NCBI GenBank assembly: GCA_013239625.1
Contig: MU053416.1
Coordinates: forward strand, 315,496 to 379,495
Source: Lama guanicoe
Taxonomy: Eukaryota
Direction of reading: 5' to 3'
Length of the DNA stretch: 64,000 nt
Shown in pieces: positions 26,335-39,052 of this stretch. The notes beneath the pieces are model-generated. The model was not told the DNA's origin, searched no databases, and saw only the letters and a program-made list of their open reading frames with translations. The position numbers were made by a program, and so were the translations under genes. Position 1 is the first letter of the stretch. Every line of letters begins with the position of its first letter.

Positions 26335-28806
26335 GTGCTCCCCCTTGGTCCTAAATTCGACCAACATTTTGAGAGACATTTCATGACCAATTTTTTCCCA
26401 TGGTGCTAGGATGGTTCTTTTCTAGTTCAGGTGAAGAATCTTCTGAGCTGCCATTCAAGGTTTTAGGTGTTTTATCAGGCCCTGTTGATACTAAAAGTTC
26501 TCTGGATGGCCTGTCTTACTAGTCTATTATGATCCAGGAAACATTTACCCTTCGTTGCTCATTCCCATATCTAGAATCACACTATTACAAATTTTTATGC
26601 AGGGTTATAAATTTTATCTATATCTTCAAGATGTTTAGCCATCATCAATCTTGTTGTAGGCCTAGTTACACATTGGGAAATGTAAGAGAACAATTTTATA
26701 AAATAGACAAGATATAAGTAATGCAGCTAGTAAAGTTAAGAAAGTCACAAGTAAGAATTTAACAGCCGATAAGTTATATATTTGGGTTAAAATTCTGCTT
26801 GTGTTTCTGATTGAGTTTGAGTGATCTTATGAGAAATTTCATATTTATGGTCAGTCTCACAGCAGGTATTAATTGGCCAGATGAGGTCTCACACTTTGTA
26901 AGATCAACAGTGGCCTAAACAGAACTATAATTTCTTTTTAGAATAATGTTACTGAGGGCTATCTAGTTAGAGCCTTGGAGTAGGGAAACCCACCAAGGTA
27001 ACACAGGAGTACTAGACATAGGTAATTTACCATAAACTTAACAATTGGAGTAGTTCATAATCAAAGGTAGGAGAAATTATCAAAGTAATTATTATACAGG
27101 CCTGGTCTGGTGTCTTGGGTCAGCTCTCTACCTCAGATGTCGTCTTCTTCTCATCCTGGCCTGGTAGCTTTTTCTCCATTTGGGCATTGTTCTAAGGTGA
27201 GCAGTGCTCTATAGGCCAGTGCACTGCAGGGTCTGTTTCTGATAGGAAACGAATCTGAATGTCCATTTCCTTCAGCTTTGGTGTGTACCGTCTAGTTAAG
27301 AGTACCTGATAGAGGGTCCTTCCATTCAGGTTGGAGACAGTTCTTTAAGACATTCTTGTTCCAGTATGTATAATCCCCTGGCTGCAGGTCATGGGGCACT
27401 GGAAATTTACCCAAGGATAGATTACTGAGCTTCAGAAACAAACCGAGAGTATCCTTTTCATAATTCAATTAAACTCTACAGCAATGTGACATAAAAGCAA
27501 GAAATGATCTGGGAAGTGTCTTAGTAAATATAGACCTCAATTAACAAAACTAGAATTTAGTATCCACTAAAATATAATCTTGTGTTCTCTAAAGTTACCC
27601 TCATTTTTCTCAAATATAGCCAAATCAAGATTAATTTGTTTACAAGTTAAGTCTGATTATTTGATCATATAGGCTTCTTTTAAATTGGCTGTGTTGGAAC
27701 TTTTAATAAGGAGTCTCAGGGTACAATGTTAATAACGTTTTCTAAGGTCAGGAAAGCCACGTCAAGGGCTTGTCATAGATTTCTGCCTTACAGATTTAGG
27801 TAAATTCTTTTCTCCTTAAAATCGTTAAAATACCTTGAGATTCCTTTATCTGTTAGGAGATGATCTTCCTAATTTATCTAATAGAGCCACTGGGGACCTT
27901 AAATTTTTTAACTCTTGAGGGATCAGATAGAGAGAAAAGGTAACTGTTCCAAGTCTGCTTACATAAGTATAATTTATCAAATTGCCATGAATCATAACTA
28001 CCTTAAGGAGAAGAGTTTCTTTATGTCTTTGAAACAGGTTAAAAGCCAGTAGTATTTCAAACAAAATCAAAAATTATAACCATATTCATCAGTTTACTTA
28101 GTCCCTTGTAACTAATTTTTTAATCAGTTTTCATTAGACCTTTAAAATTTCTTACCCAGTTTAGTTCAGTGCTATAGTTTGAAATTTATTAGAAACCAGT
28201 ATATCTCCTTGAAGAGAAAGCATTTTGCAAAATCACCAGAAGAAAACAATTACCTGCCTATTAATGACAAAATATTTAACAACAAGGGTTAAACACCGTT
28301 ACACTATAATCGATAAAGAGACCTGGTCACAATAACCAGAATTATGACTGGTCACATTTCAGATATACCAGAATTTTAGGGAGTCCATATTTGAAGGAAA
28401 AGCTGAGTTGGTCTAACAAGATAACTCACAAATCTAAGTATTGGAATACTGATCTGAGTTCTTCTGGACTAACTTGAAAATCTAGGTTAATTAGTGTTGG
28501 TTTGCTGTTCATGATTTTTGCTAGCCAGCTGGGTTTTCAAAGATACATATCTGGCTTTGGAATGTTGGTTTGCTGCCACCTTGCCTCCACCTTTGTGATG
28601 ATAATACTGCTAAAGCTGTTCGATGTCTATTGGCCGAATACACCAAGCTTGTACTTTACCCTATAAAACCTCATGAACACGTCTTGAAGGTGCTCAGAGC
28701 TTTGGAGCAGAAACCCCTCGGAGCCCGCCTGCGTAATACATCTGAGTACTCCAACCCTCCGAGTGGTGTTGGTTTCTTGACTGGCCTGTCGTTTCTGTAA
28801 CATTTC

Positions 28807-28824
28807 TGGAGCCCCCAGCGAGAT
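28807..28824 (+). promoter_or_regulatory. Primer-binding site, tRNA-Thr type
   Basis: tggagcccccagcgagat has 1 mismatch to TGGAGGCCCCAGCGAGAT (complement of the tRNA-Thr 3' end) and lies 4 nt after the 5' LTR. Confidence 0.85.
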
Positions 28825-29951
28825 ACAACCACGCCGGCCCCTTGAGCCGCTGGACTGGTGGCTCCGGCCGACCAGGGGACAGGATTCCGGCAGTGAATGA
28901 GGTGGCGCCTCCCGACGGTATTCTGGGTTCACCTTCATGACGGCAAGTCGGCCCCCTGGGTGGCTGGGCTACAACCAGAGCCAGATTCCGTGGAGGGATG
29001 GACAGACTCACCAGGTGGCTGTCCAGACAAGGTAGGATCCCCCGGGAGGAATCAAGTCCTGTCCCATTGGACAGAAGAGGAGGCTGATCCCCTCCTACAG
29101 GAAACAGGATATTGGTATTGGTGGGAGGAATGTTGTTAACCTCTGTGTGTGTGTGTGTGAGTGAATGAGTGGCCTGTGAAGCATGTGATCAGGCTTGAGT
29201 TTGTAGCTGCACGGCATTCTGCTACGGACTTCGAGTGAGTCCCAACCTGCAGTTCCGTGGTGACCTCATACGGCTCAGGGCGGTATCGGTCCCTCAGGGT
29301 CCCGATCAGGGTCAGTGGCTTATACTGACCCGCCAAAGCTAAGAGGCACCTTTTTCCCCGTGAGGGGAGTGGCCAGGCGGACTCAATGAAAACCCTCCCT
29401 TGTCTTGTCTGTGACACCCGCACAGTGTGGCTACACTGGGAGGGAAAAGGACATAGACAGCCAATGAGTCATCGACCCTGTGCCCTTGGAGGCTAGGATG
29501 CTATTTTTTGAGAAAGTCTCCTACCTGATTCTGTCACAGAACACCCGAGACTTATTGTTCCCCTACTGAACTGACCCAAGTAGTGCCCCTTTTGCCTAGC
29601 CCCAGACCCCCAGGACTCTAGTTTAGAAGACAAATTCCTTCAGGACAGGGAACACCCGGCCTTGAAGGTCCCTTTTCTAGTCCATTTGTTTTACCATTTA
29701 CAATCAGTCCCATGCCCCTGAATACGTTAGTTCAGGATGTAGAGAGGATTTAATGAAGAAAGTCCCTGGAACTGCTTGAGGCCTTGAGCTCTAGAGACAT
29801 CCGCTGTGACTGGAACCCAGACTCCCTGACCAAATTAGCTTTCAAACAACACACAGACCCAGCAAAAGAGCAGTCTCTGTGGGAACTCCAATGTTTTGAG
29901 GAGTGAAGAAGAAAAAGATACAATGGCTACCTTTCCAAACATCTAAAAAGA

Positions 29952-31487
29952 AAGGGAGGCGCTAAGTCAAAACCCACCACTCTAGACTGCATGATTAAGA
30001 ATTTCAAAAAGGGATTCTCAGGAGACTATGGAATTCGAATGACCCCTGGCAGGCTCTGCACTTTGTATGAGCTTGAATCGCCAGCCTTTGGAGACGGGTG
30101 GCCCTCAGGAGGAACTCTGGACCTAGCAACAGTGTGAGTAGTCTATCAAATAATCAGTGGAACCCCAGGCCACCCAGATCAATTCCCTTACACTGATCCT
30201 GGCTGAATATCGCCCAGACTCTACCCCTGTGGCTTCAGGTCTGCTCAAATGGACCTGGACAATGCAAGATATTAGCAACCCAGCCGGTCCAGGCCAAAAA
30301 GACAGACAGAAAAAAGCCTATTTTCCAGGGAGATGCAGAAGACAGATATGCCTACCCCCTCCATATGCCCCCGGGGCACCAACGCCTCCCCAGCCTGAGG
30401 ACCCAGAGGCAGAGCCCAGCCCCCAGCCTGAGTCGGTAGGAAGGAGAATCTGCTCAGCACAAGCCAGGAAGCCAGCACCACCGGCCCTCCAAATGCCGCT
30501 GCGGGAGATACAAGGGCTGCAGCAAGTTCAGGAAGATGGGACTGTTCAGCCTGGGCACCCTGTACTCTACTGCCAAACTTTTAGCACCACAGACCTTCTC
30601 AATTGGCGCCAACATACTGCTTCCTACTCCAAAAAGCCGCAGGCTATGATTGACCTCGCAGAGTCTATCTTCCATTCTCACCGGCCCACCTGGGATGATG
30701 TCTGTCAGCTGCTTCTGACTCTTTCCAATACGGAGGAGAGGGGAAGCAGTCTCACTGAAGTACAAAAATGGCCACAAGGCTGAGCCCCTGGGGACACAAT
30801 GAATGTTGGGGGGGGCATGACACATGTCCCTGACACCAAACCAGATTGGAACTTTAACACCCAAGAAGGAAGAGAAGTGCTGTGTGAATACTGGGAGGCC
30901 ATCCTACAAGGGCAAAGAGCAGGAGCCAAGAAGCCAACTAACATGTCTAAAACGACCACGGTGACCCAGAGGCCAGAGGAGACCCCCACTGACTTCTATG
31001 AGAAACTATGTGAAGCATTCCGAGTCTACACTCCTTTTGATCCTGAGCCCCAAGAAAACCAGTGGATGGTCAACACTGCCTTCATAGCCCAATCATACCC
31101 AGATATACGATAGTAAATTCCAAAAACTGGATGGATTTGCAGGGATAAATGTTACACAGCTGCTGGAAGTAGCAAACAAAGTTTTTGTAAACCAAGAATG
31201 GGAAACCCAACGAGAAGCAGACCAGCGAATGAAGGAGAAAGCCACACTCCTTGCAGCAGCCCTGGGGAAAACAAGCTTCAGCCAGAATCCTGCACCACCC
31301 TGGAAGAGGGGTCCCCAACCATGGGTGCCTCTGGGCCGAAACCAGTGCGCATACTGCTGGGAGACAGGACACTGGAAGAACGAGTGCCCAAACAGGATGG
31401 AAAGAGAGCACCCACATAAGGCCTACTAATAAGCTGGAGCCACCAGCCAGTAATCACATCGTACTGGCTGGGGTTAACTCAGAACAG
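29952..31487 (+). pseudogene. gag: gag remnant (MA, CA, NC), multiple stops and frameshifts
   Basis: MA (M>K)GGAKSKPTTLDCMIKNFKKGFSGDYG..GHPDQFPY; PPPY late domain; CA FSTTDLLNW, PTWDDVCQLL; MHR QRPEETPTDFYEKL; CCHC knuckle CAYCWETGHWKNEC. Confidence 0.92.
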
Positions 31488-31920
31488 GAGAGACAGTGCT
31501 CCCTGCCCCTGGGGCCCTGGGAGCCTAAGGTCAAGATGTTTTTAGGGGGCCAACCAATGACTTTTACGGTAGACACAGGAGCAGAGTATTCTGTGGTGAC
31601 CCAACATGTAGCCCCCCGACCAAGAAAAAGGCGACTATTATTGGGGCTACTGGGGACTCAACTGCCCACTATTTCTGCCAACCATGATCCTGTCAAGTAG
31701 GGGGCCATCTAGTGACACATGCCATTATTCACTGTAAGGGACCATATTTAGTGGTATTAACTATCCCTACAGCTGTTAAAGTTGCAGGAGTCATCCCTTG
31801 GATCCACCACTCCAGGGTTAAGAAAGCGACATCACCTCAGACAGAGAGTCCCTGGAAAATTGAGAGTGTCCCTGGAGACCCGCTCAAGATCAAGGTCAAG
31901 AGGGACCAGAAAAGGATCAT
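31488..31920 (+). pseudogene. pol: Protease remnant fused directly to integrase C-terminal domain (RT/RNaseH/IN core deleted)
   Basis: VDTGAEYSVVT active site, then ..GGHLVTHAIIH joined to CKGPYLVVLTIPTAVKVAGVIPWIHHSRVKKA (GPY/F motif). Confidence 0.88.
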
Positions 31921-32250
31921 TGAGCCCTGCTCTAGCCACACCCAGAAGCTGGCTAGTCAACGCACGGCCGAAGCTTGAGGGAAGCTCAACAAAGCTGTTA
32001 AATGTATTTCTTTTGTGTTCCCTTGCCTCTTTCATTGTTTCCTATACCAGTCTGCGTACTAGCAGTGGGTCTAGCTAGTGCCGCCCCACCTGACTGGAAC
32101 ATAGGACATAGAATCCTGGTAGCTATTTTATACCTTGTTATAATTAGTGCCATCACTGCAGCATCATGTCTAAGATAATCATAAGGCTGATGTTACTGAC
32201 ACTAATGACCTCATTCTCCTTGGCTGTACAATGAACCTGCATGGAACCGG

Positions 32251-32751
32251 GTGACAAATGGTCCATGTACCAACCTCTATTTTCAGCTTACAAGTGAATT
32301 CAGCCACGATCTCCAACAAATAGCAGAAACCCTGGGAACTCTGCAAAATCAGACTGACTCTCTGCCTGAGGTGGTCTTACAAAACAGGAGGGGTCTGGAA
32401 ATACACACGGCCAAAGAGGGGGGATTATGCCTCTTCCTAAATGAACAGTGCTGTTTTTAAGCCAATCATTCTGAAATTGTCAGAGGGATGACTCAAGAGT
32501 TACAATACCGAGTAAAAAGAGAACATATTTTAGATAAGAGCCCATGGACAGGCCCCTGGGGCTGGACTTCCTGGCTGGAACTGTTCATAGGTCCCTTACT
32601 CCTGATTTTTGCAGTTCTGCTGTTTGGGCCCTGTGTCCTAAACTTCCTGACCCACTTTGTCAGTGAGTGGATAGAGACTATAAAACTTCAGATGTTAGCC
32701 TCCAAATATGAGCCCCTGCAACAGATAAGTGATGATGCTTACTCCAACTAG
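32251..32751 (+). pseudogene. env: env TM remnant (immunosuppressive domain, CX6CC, transmembrane helix); SU deleted
   Basis: [57 protein letters not shown]. One in-frame TAA at 32458-32460. Confidence 0.92.
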
Positions 32752-34295
32752 GGTTGTGAAAGATCAAGAGGGGGGAATGTGAAGGAAAAGCTGGGCTGGT
32801 CTAACAAGATAACTCACAAATCTAAGTATTGGAATACTGATCTGAGTCCTGCTGGACTAACTTGTAAATCTAGGTTAATTAGTGTTGGTTTGCTGTTTAT
32901 GTTTTTTGCTAGCCAGCTGGGTTTTAAAAGATACATATCTGGCTTGGGAATGTTGGTTTGCTGCCTCCTTGCCTCCACCTTTGTGATGATAATGCTGCTA
33001 AAGCTGTTACATGCCTATTGGCCTGATGCCCTAAGCTTGCACTTATCCCTATAAAACCTCATGCACACGTCTTGGAGGTGCTCAGAGCTTCAGATCAGAA
33101 GCCCCTCGGAGCCCGCTGGCATAATACATCTGAGTACTCCAACCCTCCGTGTGGTGTTTGTTTCTTAACTGGCCTGTCGTTTCCGTAACAATATAATTTC
33201 TAGAATATCTATATTAATAATACTTTCTCATACAATATAAACTAGGAAGATTTACTATTCATTTGACAATACTTCCCATGTTATTTAACATGCCAAATGA
33301 AACTTACTAGTTTAAAATCTCTCTTTGGGATATTTCAGGAGCCCTCAGTAGCATCCCAAAATGAACTGTAGATTAAAAGAAATTTAATTAGTAATTGATA
33401 TTTGGGGAGCTTGTTAAAAGATTTCAAAGCACTTCATCAGACAAACGTATAGATCACCGTAATGAAGTACTTATTCATTAACAAGAAAATATTTCAAAGG
33501 TAAAGGCAGAACAGATCAGTTAAGTGGTATAAGAAGATTTACAGTCTGTTACTGAAGGTGGATTAACATTTTAATAAAATTTTGTCCTCTTAATAGAGAG
33601 AAAACCAAATCTAGTCTTGTACCCGCTTACTTCTAAGATTCAGTTATTTTGCCCAAATTGATCCTAAACTTATCCAATTCCGAACACGTACAAAACTCTT
33701 TCCTCAGGGTTCCTCTTCCTCAAGCCTTCCACAGGTTTCTAAACTCATATTAGTTTGTCCCTTATTTTCACTTCCATTCAGAAGTAACTGGCTTCAGGAC
33801 AAAGTCACTATTTTTCATTAACAAAATATAATTCCATTCCTTAAATCTTCCTTTGCACATTCATCTTACTTTCCGAGGATACTGAAATCTATCCCTAAAT
33901 AATAGAGACTATTTCAGGGTGGCACCAAATATATTAATATTTATAAACACCTTTAGATTCTCTGTAAGAGGAAATTAAATGTTAAGTAATTCATATTTCA
34001 ACCTTATTTTATCTGAAAATGACATAGCTATTTAATAAACTCCTGTCATTTAACTTAATTTAGCACAACACTAGAATTTATAGATACCAAATATTTAGAG
34101 ATTATCTTAAGCATACATTTTAAAAATATATTTTAAAGAATTTACCCAAAGCTCTCTTCTCATTTGCATTTAATTTACTTAAAATTTTATCAAACCACAT
34201 TACTATTAATTTTTTTGACAAATCTGCAACAGATATAACAGGATCTTATTTGACTTTCATTAAACCTAGGTACAGTAAAGGTATAATACTTAATA

Positions 34296-37200
34296 ATTTT
34301 TTATTTTATTTTTTTAACATTTTTAATTGACTTATAATCATTTTACCATGTTGTGTCAAATTCCATTGTTCAGCACAAATTTTCAGTCATCCATGGACAC
34401 ATACACACTCATTGTCACATTTTCTTCTCTGTGAGCTATCATAATATTTTGTGCATATTTCCCTGTGCTATACAGTGTAATCTTGTTCATCCGTTCTACA
34501 ATTTTGAAATCCCAGTCTATCATTTCCTACCCCCCACCCCTCTGGTAACCACAAGACAGTATTCTCTGTCTGTGAGTCTATTTCTGTCCTGTACTTATGC
34601 TTTGTTTTTGTTTGTTTGTTCATGTTTTTGCTTTTTACATTCCACATATGAGCGATCTCATATGGTATTTTTCTTTCGCTTTCTGGCTTACTTCACTTAG
34701 AATGACATTCTCCAGGAGCATCCATATTGCTGCAAATGGGATTATGTTGTTGGTTTTTATGGCTGAGTAGTATTCCATTGTATAAATATACCACATCTTC
34801 TTTATCCAGTCACCTGTTGATGGACATTTAGGCTGTTTCCATGTTTTGGCTATTGTAAATAGTGCTGCTATGAACATTGGGGTGCAGGTGTCATCCTGAA
34901 GTAGATTTCCTTCTGGGTACAAGCCCAGGAGTGGGATTCCTGGGTCATACACTAAGTCTATTCCTAGTCTTTTGAGGAATCTCCACACTGTTTTCCANNN
35001 NNNNNNNNNNNNNNNNNNNNNNNNNNNNNNNNNNNNNNNNNNNNNNNNNNNNNNNNNNNNNNNNNNNNNNNNNNNNNNNNNNNNNNNNNNNNNNNNNNNN
35101 NNNNNNNNNNNNNNNNNNNNNNNNNNNNNNNNNNNNNNNNNNNNNNNNNNNNNNNNNNNNNNNNNNNNNNNNNNNNNNNNNNNNNNNNNNNNNNNNNNNN
35201 NNNNNNNNNNNNNNNNNNNNNNNNNNNNNNNNNNNNNNNNNNNNNNNNNNNNNNNNNNNNNNNNNNNNNNNNNNNNNNNNNNNNNNNNNNNNNNNNNNNN
35301 NNNNNNNNNNNNNNNNNNNNNNNNNNNNNNNNNNNNNNNNNNNNNNNNNNNNNNNNNNNNNNNNNNNNNNNNNNNNNNNNNNNNNNNNNNNNNNNNNNNN
35401 NNNNNNNNNNNAGTCTGGGAGAGTTATTCCTCCAGCCTCTTTCTTTCTCTTCAGTAATGCTTTAGCAATTCTAGGTCTTTGATGGTTCCATATAAATTTT
35501 ATTATGATTTGTTCTAGTTCTGTGAAATATGTCCTGGGTAATTGGATAGGGTTTGCATTAAATCTGTAGATTGCCTTGGGCAGTGTGACCATTTTTACAA
35601 TATTGATTCTTCCAATCCACGAGAATGGAATATCTTTCCATTTTTTAATGTCTTCTTAAATTTCCTTCATCAATGGTTTATAGTTTTCTGTGTATACTTC
35701 TTTCACCTCCTTGGTTAGATTTATTCCCAAATATTTTATTACTTTGGGTGCTATTTTAAAGGGGATTGTTTCTTTACTTTCTTTTTCTGTTGATTTATCG
35801 TTAGTGTAAAGAAATGCAACTGATTTTTGAACCTTAATTTTGTAACCTGCTACCGTGCTGAATTCTTCAATCAGCTCTAGTAGCTTTTGTGTGGACCTTT
35901 TTGGGTTTTCTACATATAGTAGCATGTCATCAGCATATAATGACACTTTTTCCTCTTCTTTTCCAATTTGGATCCTTTTTATTTGTTTCTCTTGCCTAAC
36001 TGCTGTGGCTAGGACTTCCAAGTCTATGTTGAATAGGAGGGGTGATAGTGGGCATCCTTGTCTTGTCCCAGATTTTAGTGGGAAGCTTTTGAGTTTTTCA
36101 CTGTTGAGTACTATGCTGGCTGTAGGTTTGTCATATATAGCTTCTATGATGTTGAGATGTGTTCCCTCTATACCCACTTTGGCGAGAGTTGTTATCATAA
36201 ATGGATGTTGAATTTTATCAAATGCTTTTTCTGCATCGATTGAGATGATCATGTGGTTTTTGTCCTTTCTCTTGTTGATGTGATGTATTACATTGATTGA
36301 TTTGCGTATGTTGAACTGAACCAGCCTCCCTGGGATGAACCCCACTTGGTCAGGATGTATAATCTTTTTTATGTGTTGTTGGATTCTATTTGCTAAAATT
36401 TTGGAGAGGAATTTGGCGTCTATGTTCAACAGTGATGTGATGTATTGATTGATTTGCGTATGTTGAAACAGCCTTGTGTCCCTGGGATGAACCCCACTTG
36501 GTCATGATGTATAATCTTTTTTATGTGTTGTTGGATTCTATTTGCTAAAATTTAATTTAGGATTTTGGCGTCTATGTTCATCAGTGATATTGGCCTATAA
36601 TTCTCTTTTTTTGTAGTGTCTTTGCCTGGTTTTGGTATCAGGGTGATGGTGGCTTCATAGAATGAGTTTGGGAGTATTCCCTCCTTTTCAATCGTCTGGA
36701 AGAGTTTGAGAAGGACTGGTATGAGTTCTTCTTTGTATGTTTGGTAGAATTCCCCGGTGAGGTGAAGCCATCATGGACTTTTATTTGTAGGGAGGTTTTT
36801 AATTGCTATTACTATTTCCTTTCTAGTGATCGGATTGTTCAAGTGTTCAGTTTCTTCTTGATTCAGTTTTGGTGGACAGTACAGTACCAGAAACTTGTCC
36901 ATCTCCTCTAGGTTATCCAGTTTGGTTCCATATAGTTTTTCATAATATTCTCGTATGATATTCTGTATTTCTATTTTGTTTGTTGTAATTTCTCCATTTT
37001 CCTTTCTTATTTTGCTAATTTGTGCTCTCTCTTTTTTCTTCTTTGTGAGTTTGGCCAGAGGTTTGTCGATTTTATTTACTTTTTCAAAAAACCAGCTTTT
37101 GGTTTGGTTGATTTTTTCTATGGTCTTGTTAATCTCTATTGTATTTAATTCCTCTCTGATCTTTATTATTTCCTTCCTTCTGCTGCTTTTTGGGGCTTTT

Positions 37201-39052
37201 TGTTCTTCTTTTTCTAATTGATTCAGGTGGTGGGTTAACTTGTTTATTTGAGATTGTTCTTCTTTTTTGAGGAAGGCCTGTATCGCTATAAACTTCCCTC
37301 TTAGCACTGCCTTTGCTGTGTCCCATAGGTTTTGAGTGGTTGTGCTTTCATTATCATTTGTCTCAAGGTATTTTTTAATTTCAGCTTTGATTTCCTCATT
37401 GATCCATTGTTTTTTCAATAACATATTGTTTAATCTCCATGCTTTTCTTTTTTTCTCCTTTGTTTCTCTGTTGTTGATTTCCAGTTTCATGGCATTGTGG
37501 TCAGTAAAGATGCTTGAGATAATTTCTATCTTCTTAAATTTGTTGAGGTTTCTTTTGTGTCCAAGTACATGATCGATCCTGGAAAATGTTCCATGTGCAC
37601 TTGAAAAGAATGTATATTCTATTTTTGGGGGGTGTAAAGCTCTGAAAATATCCACCAAATCTAGTTTTTCTATTGTAGTATTTAATTTCTCTGTTGCCTT
37701 GTTTATTTTCTGTCTGGAAGATCTGTCTAGTGATGTTAATGCAGTGTTAAAATCTCCAACTATGATTGTATTCCCATCAATATCCCCCTTTATCTCTGTT
37801 AGTAATTCTTGTATGTACTTAGGTGCTCCTATATTGGGTGCATATATATTAACGAGTGTAATATCTTCATCTTGTATCACTCCTTTAATCATTATAAAAT
37901 GTCCTTCTTTATCTTTCTTTATGGCCTCTGTTTTAAAGTCTATTTTGTCTGAAACCAGTACTGCAACACCTGCTTTTTTGGCTTTTCCATTTGCATGGAA
38001 TCTTTTTCCATCCTTTCACTCTCAATCTATATGTGTCCTTCTCCATAAACTTGGTCTCTTGTATGCAGCATATTGAAGGTTCTTGCTTTATTATCCAGTC
38101 TGCCACTCTATGTCTTTTGACTGGAGCATTTAGTCTGTTAACATTTACAGTAATTAATGATAGATGTGTGTTTATTGCCATTTTGAACTTATCTTTGCAG
38201 TTGAATTGTTATATCCTCTTTGTTCCTTTCTTCTTCCTTTTATGGTTTGGTAATTTTCCTTTGTATTATCATGGATTTTATTTAATTTTTGTGACTCTCT
38301 TGTAAATTTTTTACTTGTGGTTACCCTTTTTTTTTAAATCTATTAACCCATTACTATATCTGTTTTTATTAAACTGATAGTAATATGATCTCAAACCCAT
38401 CCTACTGTTAAAAAAATTTTAAAAAAGAAAGAAAAAAAATTCTTTATTTCCCTGCCTCCCTCTCCCACTCTCATTGATTTGTATGTCTTCTTTTATAATT
38501 TAGTATTTTCTTTATTTGTAATTCATGAGTTATCACCTTTCCAGTTGTGAGTTTCTCATTTCTGTAGCATCCTGCTGCTTTTCTATTTAGAATAGCCCTT
38601 TCAATATTTCCTTTAGCATGGGTTTAGTGTTGCTAAACTCTTGCAGCTTTTTTTTTTTTGTCTATGAAACTCTTTATTTCTCCTTCTATCCTAAAGGATA
38701 GCCTTGCTGGATAAAGTATCCTAGGCTGCATCTTTTTTTCATTCAGGGCTTTGAATATATCTTGCTACTCCCTTCTGGCGTGTAGTGTTTGTGTAGAGAA
38801 ATCAACTGAGAGCCTTATGGGGGTTCTCTTGTAACTTACTCTTTGTTTTTCTCTTGCAGCCTTTAGAATCAGTTCTTTACCCTTGACTCTGGCCATCTTG
38901 ATTATGATATGTCTTGGTGTGGGTCTATTAGTTTTCTTCCTGTTTGGGACCCTTTGAGCTTCCTGTACTTGGATATCTGATACCTTCTTTAAGTTTGGGA
39001 AGTTTTCAGTCATGATTTCTTCAAAAACCTTTTCAATCCCCTTTGATCCTTC
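34296..39052 (-). mobile_element. Young LINE-1, 5'-truncated within ORF1 (partial ORF1, inter-ORF, ORF2, 3'UTR), nested in the outer ERV
   Basis: ORF1 ..ENFPNLKK..PTPRHIIIKM..KAAREK; ORF2 endonuclease NIYAPN, GDFNT, SRIDH and RT QGCPLSP, YADD motifs. Perfect 14-bp TSD tataatacttaata (34282-34295 / 39053-39066). Frameshifts are present. Confidence 0.96.
34998..35411. other. Assembly gap (414 N)
   Basis: Run of N within L1 ORF2. Confidence 1.

Larger units (their letters stand above)
28391..33190 (+). mobile_element. Gammaretrovirus-like (HERV-E/ERV1 lineage) provirus, 4.8 kb, with most of pol and env SU deleted
   Basis: LTRs 28391-28802 and 32778-33190 with about 35 mismatches in ~412 bp. 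4-bp TSD ATAT (28387-28390 / 33191-33194). PBS at 28807-28824, purine-rich PPT (aagag + G run) immediately before the 3' LTR, and gag, pro, IN-CTD and env TM remnants. Confidence 0.95.

Noticed and set aside
34945..35592. Long ORFs containing X runs
   Set aside because: Artefacts of translating through the N gap in L1 ORF2.
36771..37892. 373-aa ORF as an active retrotransposon gene
   Set aside because: It is part of L1 ORF2, but the element is 5'-truncated and frameshifted on both sides of this segment.
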